Of a stretch of DNA of 64,000 nt, positions 39,001-51,335 are shown piece after piece. The notes beneath the pieces were generated by a model. It did not search any database, was not told where the DNA came from, and saw only the letters and a list, made by a program, of their open reading frames with translations. Position numbers and translations under genes: made by a program. Source of the DNA: Chiloscyllium plagiosum (lineage: Eukaryota); contig NC_057718.1 in the NCBI RefSeq assembly GCF_004010195.1, positions 60,922,073 through 60,986,072 on the forward strand, given 5' to 3'. The first letter of the stretch is position 1, and the number at the start of each line of letters is the position of its first letter.

Positions 39001-41087
39001 GGTGGTAACGCAGGTTGATAGAGTGGTCAAGAAGGCATCCGGCATGTTTTCCTTCATCAGGCGGTGTATTGAGTACAAAAGTTGGCAGGTCATGTTACAG
39101 TTGTATAGGACTTTGGTTTGGCCACATTTGGAATACTGCATACGTTTCTGGTCACCACATTACCAAAAGGATGTGGATGCTTTGGAAAGGATGCAGAGGC
39201 GGTTCACCAGAATGTTGCCTGGTATGGAGGGTGCTAGCTATGAAGAGAGGTTGAGTGGATTAGGATTATTTTCATTAGAAAGACGGAGGTTGAGGGGGCA
39301 CCTGATTGAGATCTACAAAATAATGAAAGGTATAGACAGGATGGATAGCAAGAAGCTTTTTCCCAGAGTGGGGGACTCAATTAATAAGGGTCACGAGTTC
39401 AAGGTACGAGGGGAAAAGTTTAAGGGAGATATGCGTGGACAGTTTTTCACACAGAGAGTGGAGGGTGCCTGGAATGCGTTACAAATGGAGGTGTAGAGGA
39501 GGGCACAATAGCATCATTTAAGATGTATCTAGACGGATACATGAATGGGCAGGGAGCAGAGGAATACAGATCCTTACAACATAGGCGACAGTTTTAGGTA
39601 CAGGATCTGGATCGGCACAGGCTTGGAGGGCCAAAAGACGTGTTCCTGTATTGTAATTTCTTTGTTCTTTATTCTTTGAGGACTAGGGGCTGCTGGGTAT
39701 GTACATTTCCCTCTAAAAGGACTGCCTCGAGAATCTATGCTCCATGTTCTATGCCAAACTGACCTATAATGCCATCAGGGAGGGGATTCTATAATATTGA
39801 CCCAACGTCTCTGAAGTGAAGGGAAACGTGCACTCACCAATGATCACCTAATGACACACGTAAATGTGGAACATGAGTGAAGGCAAAGACCTCTTACAAG
39901 GCATTCACATTACCTTTAGACTCATTGATTTCCATGATAAAGTGCAAATTCTTGGCTACATCCATAAATGTAAGCATCGTTTGATGCCTAAGTCTGCTGC
40001 CATCCAGGAATCTTTTCAGAGATGAGAAAGCCTTGCCAATGTAACTTCAGTCCTTGAGATATATAACTAGGCTGCCTAACTCTAACATGATAGCCACTTA
40101 ACCAGGTCCTACAGTGAGAAAAACAGTCTATCATACATGTGATAATTAAAATCCTTATATATAAATATATAGACAGATGTGAATATGTCACCCCTGCTAC
40201 GTACCTACCTGCAGAATGTTCACTTTAACTTTACCCTCCCACTACATGGAGGTGCATTCCTTCGGTCTGAGGCTGGGGTGAAGGGTGCCTCTCTAGAGTG
40301 AAAGCCATTGGTCTGAAATTTGACCAGAAGACCCTGTGGAGTATGTGGCAAAAGAGCCCTGGCATGCTGAGGTTGTGCTGCCCAGAAGAAGGGTGCAACC
40401 TGGATGCAATTTTAGGCTGGGTGGAGGGGCCAGACATCTTTGGATACCCCTGACAAGAGACTTGGAGGAGACCTGTGTGTGTGATTTCTCTTCTTGCTGC
40501 AAACTACTGCTACCATTCAGTCCCTTTATGAAGAGTGAGGTCAAGATCACTTGATCATCTCTTCTCTTGCTGTTGGTGCTGAGCACAATGGGGTAAAACA
40601 GCGGAGCTGAGGTCTGCAGGCATTTCCAGCAGCACCCATTTTGCCAGACCTAGCTTTCGGTGGTAGCCATCAGCCTGTGCCTGGAGACTACCAAATAGAT
40701 ATATGATGAAGGCAGCACAGCATTGGTGCTCTCCTTCAACATTCAATCCAGTCTCTCTGACAAACCTGCCTACTGCTCCTGTGACTGTCTGTGCACTTGT
40801 AGCAATCTATTAATGGCTGAGACCGTGAGGACATCTGTAACTCTGCATGCACCTGGTCTCCAGCAATCTCCTGACTGCTGATAACCTGGGATATTACTTG
40901 CTTGATCACCTGTGAAGATATGTAAGTGGTATGCTCACCAGAATATGCTATTGTGTCTAATCTAGAAAGAGAACTCACTGAATTGCAAGTGTCCAAGCAG
41001 AGGAAAGCCTTGCTGATGAATTCCTGAGGCATCTGTAGCTTCTTTGTCAGAGGTGGAGGATGAGCTGATGGGGTTGACCTCTTTGAC

Positions 41088-41297
41088 CTAGGTTTCCTCC
41101 CACAATCCAAAGATGTGCACGTTAAGCAAATTGGCTATGCTAAATTGTCCATAGTGTTTAGGAATGTGTTGGTTAGTTGCATTAGTCAGGAGTAAATGTA
41201 GTGTAATAGAGAAGGGGAATGGGTTTGGGTGGGGTACTCTTTAGAGAGTCAGTGTGGACCGAAAGGCCTTTTTCCACACTGTAGGGATTCTATGATT
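41088..41297 (+). mobile_element. HE1-type SINE 3' part
   Basis: ggtttcctcccacaatccaaagatgtgc...tccacactgtagggattctatgattc. Confidence 0.85.
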
Positions 41298-42005
41298 CAC
41301 GCTGTAGTTCTGTGGTTCTAAATAACCTCACTGGTGCAGCCACTGTTAGTGCAGCAGGCCCCTGCACTGGGACCAAACCAACCATCGTCATCACCTCCTA
41401 AGTCAGGTGCCCAAACATAGCTGTGGGCCTGGAGCCTCAGCTCAGCCTGGGGATGTGGCCTGGGCCCTGTTTCTTTCTCGCTGGGAGACCTTGGGCTAAG
41501 GTGGAGCCGCGTGTGCATCGTCCTGGGGATTGCTGCCGTCACCACTGGACACTCAGAGTTGTTGAGTGCATTCTGCAGATCTGCAGAAGGTGAGTTCAAT
41601 GGCAGAGTTCGAGTGAGGAGATAGAATAAAGCACTTACCCATTCAGAGATTAAAAAAGAACAACAAAATCCCTTGTGGTGCTGCTGTTATTCCTCTTGGT
41701 TTGTGAAACAGCACTGATCTGGGCCCTGTCTGGGTCCAGGCTGCCTGGTATGGTACAGCAGCCTTCTTTCTCAGTCCACAGCAAAGAGAGCAGCACTCCT
41801 CCCCAATATCCCATCCACCAAATACTCCAGGTTCACTACTCCAAAGCAGGGGCCAGGTTCTCTTTTCCCTGACATCTTATGAACAAAGATGTTGGAGCAG
41901 GCAACATGAAAGGCAACTCCTGGCTTCCAATGATTGAACTTGTACTCAGCTGGGGTTTAAATATGAGATCTGTGTCGTGATCAGCACACATTGTTCACAC
42001 ACATT

Positions 42006-42131
42006 CCTGATGAAGAGCTTATGCTCAAAACGTCAACTCTCCTGCTCCTCGGATGCTGCCTGACCGGCTGTGCTTTTCCAGCACCACACTTTTTGACTCT
42101 GATCTCCAGCATCTGGAGTCCTCACTTTCTC
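42006..42131 (+). mobile_element. PLE mini-insertion beginning at a hammerhead core
   Basis: cCTGATGAagagcttatgctcAAAACGTC (GAAA mutated)...gtcctcactttctc; TSD cacacatt at 41998-42005 and 42132-42139. Confidence 0.85.
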
Positions 42132-42500
42132 CACACATTGCCTCTGAAGCTGCACAGTTATACAAGAAGAGTACCATAGAGCCCAGAAACATAAGCAACA
42201 AGGTGAGCAGTGGAAGATTGCATGAGACAAGTCATCTTGGGTCAATGTGGGAAATCATGAAAATAACATTTGGCCAAAAAGTCGGAGAATTCAGCCCTAA
42301 GTCTGAAGAACTGACAATGGGAAATAAAAGTACAGTAGAAGAATTTAATATGTATTTTGCATCAGTCTTCACCGTGGAGTATACATTCAAGAAATGGAAG
42401 GGATAGAGGAGTTCAGGAAATTTATAATCACTCGAAGAGTATAGTCATTAGGCAGAGTCAGCATGGTTTCTGAAAGGGAAATCATTTTTAGCCAAACTAC

Positions 42501-42589
42501 ATTAGATTAGATTACATTACAGTGTGGAAACAGGCCCTTTGGCCCAACAAGTCCACATCGACCCGCCGAAGCGTAACCCACCCATACCC
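42501..42589 (-). mobile_element. Young HE1 3' fragment inside an old CR1 relic (~42310-42895)
   Basis: Nearly identical to the 3' end of 30593-30915; ctac duplicated on both sides. Confidence 0.85.
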
Positions 42590-42899
42590 CTACTGGAGTT
42601 TATTTTCAGAAGTAACATGTGCTGCAGAGAAAGGGGAACCAGTGGATGTACTATACTCCAATTTCTAGAAGACATTTGATATTAAATAATCTCATCAAAT
42701 ATTATTGTAGAAATTAAAAGTTCATGGTGTGTGACAGATTGTCTTATGAGAAAACGTTGGACAGGCTAAACACGTATCCACTGGACTTTAGAAAAGTAAG
42801 GGGATTTGACTGTGTGGTTCTGAAGGGACTCAACAGAGTAGATTTGGAAAGATGTTTTGTCTTTTGGGGAATTTAAAATGAGGAGTTAATGTTAAAAAT

Positions 42900-44692
42900 A
42901 ATGCTTTTATACATATACAAAAAGCCAGAGGATAGCCAGAGAAAGGGTTGGCCCACTCAAGGACAAAGGAGGGAATCTATTTGTGGAGCAGAATAGGTAG
43001 TTAAGGTCTTAAACGAATACTGTGTCTCAGTATTCACCAAAGAGAAGGAATTGGTGGAGGATGTTCTCAGGGAAGGGAATGTTGAATTTCTAAGCCAAGT
43101 TGCAATTAAAAAGGAAGAGGTGTTATGCGTCTTAAAAAAGTATTAAAATAGATAAGACCCCAAGTCCTGCTGGGATCTATCCCAGAATATTGAGGGAGAT
43201 AAGAGAACAAATTGTTGGAGCATTGACAGACATCTTTGTGTCCTCTTTGGCCACAGAGGACTGGAGAATAGCAAATGTCATTCCATTGTTTAAGAAGGGT
43301 AGCATGGTTAATCAAGGAAATTGCGGGCCTGTGAGCTTCATAGTGATGGGAGGGAAATTATTGGAAAAGATTCTCAGGGACAAGATCTATACGCATCAGA
43401 AGCAAATGGATTTATTAACGATAGTATGGTTTTGTGAGGGGGAAGTTATGCCTCACTAATTTGATCGAGTTTTTTGAGGAGGTGATGAAGATGATTGATG
43501 AGGGATAGCAGTTGATGCTGTCTATGTGGACTTCAGTAAAGCCTTTGGTAAGGCCCCTTATGGAGCACTGGTACAAAAGATGCAGCCACGTGGTATCGGG
43601 GTGAGCTGGCAAGATGGATACAGAACTGGCTTCGTCATATGAGATAGGAGGTAATGGTGGAAGGATGCTTTTCAGAATGGAGAGTTGTGACTAGTGGTGT
43701 TCCACAGGCATCAGTGCTGGGAGCTCTGCAGTTTGTGATTGACATAAATGATTTAGAGGAAAACGTAGATGGTCTAATCAGTAAGTTTGCAGATGATACA
43801 AAGATTGAGGGATTGCAGAAAGTGAGGAGGATTGTTAGTGGATACAGCAGGATATAAATCAGTTAGAGGCATGGCCAGAAAAATGGCAGGTGGAGTTTAA
43901 TCCAGACAAATGTGAGGTGCTGCATTTTGGAAGGTCAAGGACAGTTGGAAAATATACAATAAGTGGCAGAGCCCTTAGGAGTACTGATATGCAGAGGGAT
44001 CTGGGTGTGCAGATCCATAGATCACTGAAGGTGACAGCACAAGCAGATATGGTAGTAAGAAAGGCCAATGGCATGCTTGCCTTCATTGGAAGGGGCACTG
44101 AGCATAAGGATAGACAATTTACGCTGACGTTTTATAGAACTTTAGTGAGACCGCACTTGGAATATTGTGTACAGTTCTGGTCACCACACAACCAGAAGGA
44201 TGTGGATGCTTTGGCAAGGGTACAGAAAAGGTTTACGTGGATGTTACCTGGTATAGGGGATTTTAGCTATGAAGAAAGGTTGCATTTATTTTCACTGGAA
44301 CGCAGGAGTTTGAAGGGCGACCTAAAGGAAGCTTATAAGATTGTGAATGGCATGGATAGTGTGGCAAGTATGAGGCTTTTTCCTGGGGTGATGGGGTCAA
44401 TTACTAGGGGACACAGGTTCAAGGTGCAAGGGGGGGATGTTTAAGGGGGGGATGTTTAAAAGTGATGTGCGAGGCAGCTTTTTCACACAAAGGGTGGTGA
44501 GTGCCTGGAACAGACTACCAGAGGGGGATGGTGGAAGCAGACACAATAGCAGCATTCAAGAGGCACCTGGATGAATGGATGAATAGGAAGGGGAATAGAA
44601 GGATATGGATCCTGTAAATGAAGACAGTTTTAGTATGGAAGACGCAGACTTGAAGGGCCTGTTCCTGTCCTGTACTTTGTTTTTGTTCTTTG
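42900..44692 (+). mobile_element. 5'-truncated CR1 LINE
   Basis: Motifs [38 protein letters not shown]; ttcttt tail. Confidence 0.93.
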
Positions 44693-44754
44693 AAAGCTCA
44701 ACCTTGTTAAAACTGAAGTGAGGTGATATTCTTTCTGTCAAAGTCATGAGTCTG

Positions 44755-45076
44755 GGTAGCACTGCTGCGTCACAGCACCAGGTACCTAGGTTAGATTCTA
44801 GCCTCAGGTGACTTCTGTGTGGAGTTTGCACATTCACCCCGTATCTGGCTGGGTTTCCTCTGGGTGCTCTGGTTTCTTCCTACAGTCCAAAGATGAGCAG
44901 GTTAGGGTGGATTGGCCATGCTAAATTGCCCATTGTGTCCAGGGATGCGCAGGCCAGATGGGTTAGCCACGGGAAATGTAGGGTTACAGGGGTGGGGTGG
45001 GTTTGGGTGGGATGTTCTTTGGAGGGTTGGTGTGGGCTGAATGGCCTGCTTCCACACTGCAGGAACTCTGTGATTC
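44755..45076 (+). mobile_element. HE1-type SINE
   Basis: tagcactgctgc...ttggccatgctaaattgccc...gcctgcttccacactg. Confidence 0.88.
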
Positions 45077-46757
45077 TTTGGAACACTTTTCCTAAAAAAA
45101 GCAGTCTTTCAATATTTGTAGACAGAGGTGGATAGATTCTTGGTAAGCAAGGGGGTGAAAGATTATCAGTTGTAAGTGGGAATGTGGATTTTAGTTTACA
45201 GTCAGATCAGCCGTGATCTTATTAAATGGCAGAGCAGGCTTGAGGGGCTGAACGGCCTACTTCTGCTCTTTGTTGGCATAGTCAGACGTACGCATATTGT
45301 GAAGGAAGACGTGAGACAAAACTAAAATGATGACTAAATAAGACATCTTTGGCTAGGCAGAAAATTGATGGCTCTGCCATTTCACTTTTAAAGCAGTGAC
45401 AAATGTTGCCATTTCTAATGAAATTGAAAGAAAAATGTTATAGCAGGCTGAGATACTTTGCCTTCTGTCCAGCAAAAAAAAATTTGATGTTTGAAATTTG
45501 GTTAATTTTCTGGGTTTGGATGCCTAGGCAATTATATTTTTCTCTCCAGGCATTCTGCATAACCATCTTCAGCCTCCACAGCAACTCCAATGAATTAATC
45601 TGCACTGTTACATAAAAAATGAAAGACCTTTTAAATTAAGTTAATTTTAAAAGTGTTTCTAGACATGTATTTCTTACTGCCATGCACACTTTGATTGTCC
45701 ACTGACATATTAATTCAGTCCGTCAACCTCTCAGCTATTTATTCCATTTCCCATTTTCAACTGATTGTATTTGCTTTGATGTGTCCCCATTATAACCAGG
45801 TTTAAAAGCTGTTGCTCGAGGCTTCAAAATCTGGTACCTAAAGATTGAATGTAATTATTCAATTTGAGAATGTAGGATCTTCCTCCACTTAAATTCAAAA
45901 AACATTGGCTCAATGCTATAAAGCTGACCAGATATAAGCACAGAAGCGTTTCTTATTTGCATTTTATACTGGTTAAATATATTTTCTAAAAATGAGTAGA
46001 ATATAATAAGAAAGCTATTTATCAAATACACCCTCATTTTATCATGGAACATAATTGCTTAGCCAAAATTTAGGTTATTGTATTTTGTTTTAAATTTAAA
46101 ATCTTGTCCATCGAACTAATGATGTTGAATTTTCTGTCCTGCAAAGGTGAACAAAAGACAAACCAAATTAACATTTAATACACTTTCCCAGTGTTTCACC
46201 GAAAGAGTAAACAAGTCCTGAAATACTTCCTGAGAAGACCCCATAGTATAAAAGTTCAAAACACTGGTGGCCTTGCTGACAGCGCAGGGCAGATCAGTTG
46301 GTACACTGATCTTGCAGGTCTTTCTAGTTCACTTCATTTCTGCATGCTTTCGAGGATTATGCCATTGATGGCAAAATACAACTATTTTGGAGAAGATGAT
46401 GGTGAGGCACCTTCTGAAACTATTGCAATCCATCTGGTGCAGACGTCTGTTAGGGAGGGAGTTCCAGGATTTTGACTTCATGACATGAAGCAACAACAAT
46501 ATTGTTACTTGTCAGGATGGTGTGTGGCTTGGAGGAGAAGTTGCAGGCAGTGGTTTGCCCATGCAACTGCTACCGTTGCGCTTCTGCATCTGTCCCAACC
46601 TCCCTGTAGTTTTACCAATGAGCCAGGGTGACTGATACCATTGCAGTAGATGCTCTACCTGGAGTGATTTGTTTTTAGAACATAAATGTCCTGTGCCTTT
46701 GCACTTACAAAATGATCACAATGCAGGTGCCTTGCCCCAGACTGCACTTCTCATTTC

Positions 46758-47046
46758 CAGAAATCACATAACACCAGGTTAGAGTCCAACAGGTTAATTT
46801 GGAAGCACTAGCTTTTGGAGCACTGCTCCTTCATCAGTGGTTGTGGAGAGTAAGATTGTAAGACACAGAATTATAACTTACTCTCTTGAATCTTGTAACT
46901 TGAATTTACTCTCCACAACCACCTGATGAAGGAGCATCGCTCCGAAAGCTAGTGTGCTTCCAAATAAACCTATTGGACTATAACCTGGTGTTGCATGATT
47001 TCTAACTTTGTACATCCCAGTCCAACACCGGCACCTCCAAATCATG
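46758..47046. mobile_element. PLE-derived fold-back insertion (AGCT-hammerhead family)
   Basis: Inverted arms ~46761-46853 and ~46905-47001; 12 bp TSD with 1 mismatch at 46746-46757 and 47047-47058. Confidence 0.85.
46920..46954 (+). ncRNA. Minimal type I hammerhead ribozyme, intact core
   Basis: cac CTGATGA a ggagc atc gctcc GAA AGCT A gtg: stem I cac/gtg, stem II ggagc/gctcc, palindromic loopless stem III, CUA cleavage triplet. Confidence 0.8.
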
Positions 47047-48759
47047 ACTTTTCATTTCTGTCAATATTGTAATACTTTGAAATATTGTTGCCAGGCTTAA
47101 ATGTAGGTTCATAATCAGTCTTTGTATACATTCTCTCATGTGTAATCCACATGACTGACCTTTAACAAGGTCTAAATGAATATACAACTTTTCTTTCTCA
47201 CCATGTCTTTGTACTTTTATTTCAACCAGTGAAATTTCCCAGGATGGATAAATATTTCTTTGAGATTTTCTAACATGATTTTCCTTTCTTGGTAAAATTA
47301 GTAAACAAAAAAAGAGATGTGTCCCTTTGTTGATCAGTTGCTGTGCAGATTATTTTTAAAGAACATGCCAAGGTAGATTTGTTTATTGGTTTCATTTTGA
47401 AAATCATAAAAGGCTATTTCAGGAGTTGTGATCCTGCTTTAACTGTCGATAATGCAACAAAACCTTTTGCAGTTTCATGTCAAAAGGTTGAAGCTAACAT
47501 AAAACTACTTTTCAGCAATTTTTATCTAATCCTGTAACCTTTTATTACCTTCAAATATTTCCATTATTTTGACAAGTTTCCAAAGGCCATAGCATTTTGT
47601 TATGTTCTTTTTGTGTGGAAATATAAGCAAAATAATGACTAAGCGTGACTTACAGCTATATCATGTTGGTTTTGAGTATGGATGGGAGGGGAGGTGACAT
47701 GATGGTGTTAAGATATAGAGACAATCTGAAACTATTACACTATGATATGATACTTTTGTTAGCTTCCATACATTAAATATGTGTGTCACATGGCACTAAA
47801 GAATTCAATGCAAGTTTTTACTTAATATCTACATATGTACACTACACTTACAGGCACTTATGTGTGTGAGATCAAGTTTAGCAATTCAAACATAGTGCAA
47901 CATGCTTTCCTTAGCATGTCATGCCACACCAGGAGAGAGAGCAGCAAAAGGGGGAATTTCATGTCATGTCTCACAGGATAGGTGCAATCTACCTTTAAGG
48001 GACAGACTTAGGTGTTTTCACCATGTCTTAGCATGTGGCTGAATGGCATAAAGTTCAGTCTGCACCATTAGGTCATGCACGACATTACAAATATGTCCTT
48101 AAAGGTACATCATACATTTGCTGCAAGACACTGAACAACATCACCCTTTTCTTCAAAGGTAAGAAATACCGATCCCTGTGTATAGGTACATGTTGTCAAT
48201 TCAACAGGCATGTTGACAATATTAATAATTGAAACTTGGAACCCATCCTGAGCCCCAAGCCCAGCTGGAACAGTACATGCTATTTGCAATTGCTCTTGGC
48301 TGACAAAATGGTTATCTTGCCCTGGTTGCTGTCATTCAGTATCATCACACACTCATTATCACCAGAATTTTCTTACTCGCTCCCTGTATGCAAGATTGGC
48401 AGGTCATACATTGATCTGAGCTGGCCTCAGTAACTCAATAATGTAGCATCATGATCAGTAATAACTTCATGCAACCTGGGCTAATTATATTTCTTAGAAA
48501 ACATTCCTTGTATCTAGGTATTTGTGCCTGAATTTCTGACTCACATTCTGGCTGTGGTAATTTTCTACCTGCTCATTGGTGCAGGGTTGGTTTCATTTCC
48601 CTCTCTCTTTAGAAGAGAAAGGTTACAGGCTCTTTTATTTTCACCACCCTGGGCATTGTTTGAATCTTCTGAAGGGTTACAATGCTGAGATCTGGTACTG
48701 TTAGTCCTGCCACTGCTGGATCATTACTTTCCACCAGGTAGAAGATTTATAAGGTCTGT

Positions 48760-49570
48760 ATGTTCTACTGCATGAGTCACAAACATTAGTGGGGAGGTAC
48801 AGCACTTGATTACGAAGGCCAAAGTTACCTTTTATTATGAAAGGAATTGAACATTTATATGGGGTATTGGTGAGACCACATCTCCAAACTGTATGCACTT
48901 TTGGGGGAAAGTGAGGACTGCAGATGCTGGAGATCAGAGCTGAAAATGTGCTGCTGGAAAAGCTCAGCAGGTCAGGCAGCATCCAAGGAGCAGGGCATGA
49001 GCCCTTCTTCAGCGTGTATGCACTTTTGGTCATCTTATTTAAGAAAATATCTCTATGACTCTATAAAATATGTGAAAGTATCAGAGGTGGTTCAAAGGAG
49101 GTTTACTAGATTGATATGTGGAATGGGTGGGTTGTCTTGCGAGAAAAGATTGGAAAGGTAGTCTCGTTTTCCCTCGAGTTTAAAAGAGCAAGAGGGGATT
49201 TGATTAGAGATTGCAAGATCGCAAGTGGCCTTGACAAGGCGGATTATCGAGAGGATAGTTATTATTGTGGCTTAATCTAAAATAGGGAATGCTGTTTCCC
49301 TGGAGGTTGCCAGTTTAGGACAGAGATGACAGGATTTTATTTCCTCTCTTGGAGGATTATGTGACTTTAGAAATTCCTGCCTCTTAAAGCAATGGAGGTG
49401 GTGTTATTGAATAGTTTTATGCTACAGGTAGATAATCTCTCAGTAGATGAGGGAATGAAAGAGTATTGGGAATAGATGGGAATGCAGAATTTTGGACACA
49501 ACCAAATCAGTCATGGTTTTATTGAATATGGAGTAGACCATTCAGTCAAGGATTCCTGATTTAAATGTTT
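48760..49570 (+). mobile_element. Old CR1 3' fragment, interrupted
   Basis: Translation EVVQRRFTRLICGMGGLSCEKRLER and a CR1-type 3' UTR. Confidence 0.8.
48905..49014 (-). mobile_element. PLE mini-insertion beginning at a hammerhead core (internal deletion)
   Basis: Reverse strand cgCTGAAGAagggctcatgccc...gtcctcactttccc; perfect 15 bp TSD tgtatgcacttttgg at 48890-48904 and 49015-49029. Confidence 0.88.
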
Positions 49571-50292
49571 GTATGTGAGCGAGAAAACACACTAGGGATG
49601 TGAATTCTTGAAGAGTTCCAGCATTTAAACTAGGTGGCTGCCTCTGGGTTATAGATTCCCAGCCCCACTTTCCAAAAGTGGGAATCTCAATAAGGCATTG
49701 AGTGCCTTTAAGTGAGTTATCTCCATTTCTCCTTGTGAGCCTGCTAATGAATCCACTTGGGTTAGCTTGTCATCCTCCCTCATGCCAAGTTAATACACAC
49801 ACTTAAAGGCACCAGGAAGACTGTCCATGTAATTGCAATGGCAAGAAAATGGTGGAGTCACCACCTATAGCAATTCCATCTGATTAATTACCCTCTCACC
49901 AGCAAATTCACCGTTTGGGATGGCATTGTATTCTGCTGCTGGAGTCCAGTCAGATTCCAAGAAAGAAATAAAGAAATGGAGAGAAAGTTTGGGTGAAGAG
50001 AGAGAGTAAAGATGAAGAAAGAGAAATTATAATATTTAAATAAACTCTTGGAACAACTTACTACCTGCAGGAATGGGACTCCACTACTTGAACTGTTTCC
50101 CTTTCTCAGCCTCTGAGGTTGCATAACAATGCGTGAACATAAAAGCTAACATTAAAAGTGTCCTTGCATTGCAAAATACTAGACCTACTTTTCTGTAGCA
50201 CATTCAATTCATATTTAAGGCGAAGATTGAGCATTTCTTTGAAATTTTGGGAGATTGACAGAGATCTATAGTTTTTGCAAAGTTGGTATTAG

Positions 50293-50381
50293 AGTTAAAA
50301 ATAACACAACACCAGGTTATAGTCCTACAGGTTTATTTGGAAGCACTAGCTTTCGGAGCAGTGCTCCTTTATCAGGTGGTT
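50293..50381 (-). mobile_element. Single-arm PLE terminal fragment (AGCT-hammerhead family)
   Basis: Reverse strand cacCTGATAAaggagcactgctccGAAAGCTAgtg (core G mutated). Confidence 0.8.
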
Positions 50382-50384
50382 ATA

Positions 50385-50770
50385 ATACAATACAACACAG
50401 GCCTTCAAGCCCACCAAACCTGCACTGATTCCTATCCTTATTCTGATCCCTACTTATTGCCCATACACAGTTTCTATCAATCAGTTTGCCTCCCATTCAT
50501 CCATCTATCTAGATACACCTTAAACATTGCTAATGTGCCTCTTCCACCCTCTCCACTGACAGTGCATTCCAGACACCTACCACCCTTTGTGTAAAATATT
50601 TTTAATGCACTTTTTTCCTGAACTTTCTGCCTCTCACCTTGAATCAATGGCCTTTTGCAGTTGACCTTTCTACCCTAGGAAAAAGTCTTTGACTATCCAC
50701 CCTATCTATGCCTCATAATTTAGTGGACCTCTTTCAGGTCTCTCATTCAGCCCCTGTCTTTCCATAAAAA
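50385..50770 (-). mobile_element. CR1 3' fragment
   Basis: CR1-type 3' UTR and the end of ORF2 on the reverse strand. Confidence 0.75.
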
Positions 50771-51335
50771 TTGACCGGCAATTTCTGGCGGTTTGCAACT
50801 CAAATATTTCTTCCTAACCACACAGTGTTGGGTTTTCGCATGCCATCGTGACTTGCAAACATTATTGTTCTCACTGTTATTTTAACAGCAAATGTTCAAT
50901 GTTTCTTTTTTATTTGTACTTTCAGTATTGATCACATAATGGGCTGCACCGTACATGCGGGTGTATTGGTCCAGTGAAATAGTCAATTGCAAACCAACCA
51001 ATGTTTAACTAGCAACCTGCCCTGTTGCCCTGAGCACGATACTACACTGGAACAGCCTTAACAAGGTGAACACAGGAACCTGCCATTCAAGAAAAAGGTC
51101 TGCCCCTGAAAGCAGCTGAGTGATCCTAGCAGTGTATGAAATAAGTAGTGTCTATTGGCAGGAAATAGTCAAGAATCCCCAGAAAGAAATGTCATGTGTG
51201 CTGGACTCAGTTAAGTCAGGCAATCATTCGGCAGAGAGGCTTAAGTTACTGCAATAGCTCCCAGTGCAATCAACTTCATGCTTCAATCGGCCTCTGTTTT
51301 CCCTGTCTGTACATTCTTCCTTACTGGAAGTCGAA

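Larger units (their letters stand above)
32935..39677 (+). mobile_element. Near full-length CR1 LINE (ORF1 esterase, ORF2 EN-RT), split by a nested CR1 at 33773-36634
   Basis: ORF1 has CQKC plus a coiled coil, GDS, CCLPGA and IGTND, and resumes at 36635 with the HL..TGTNVL motif. ORF2 starts LRCICFNARS near 36845 and carries RT motifs; ttcttt tail. Confidence 0.92.
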
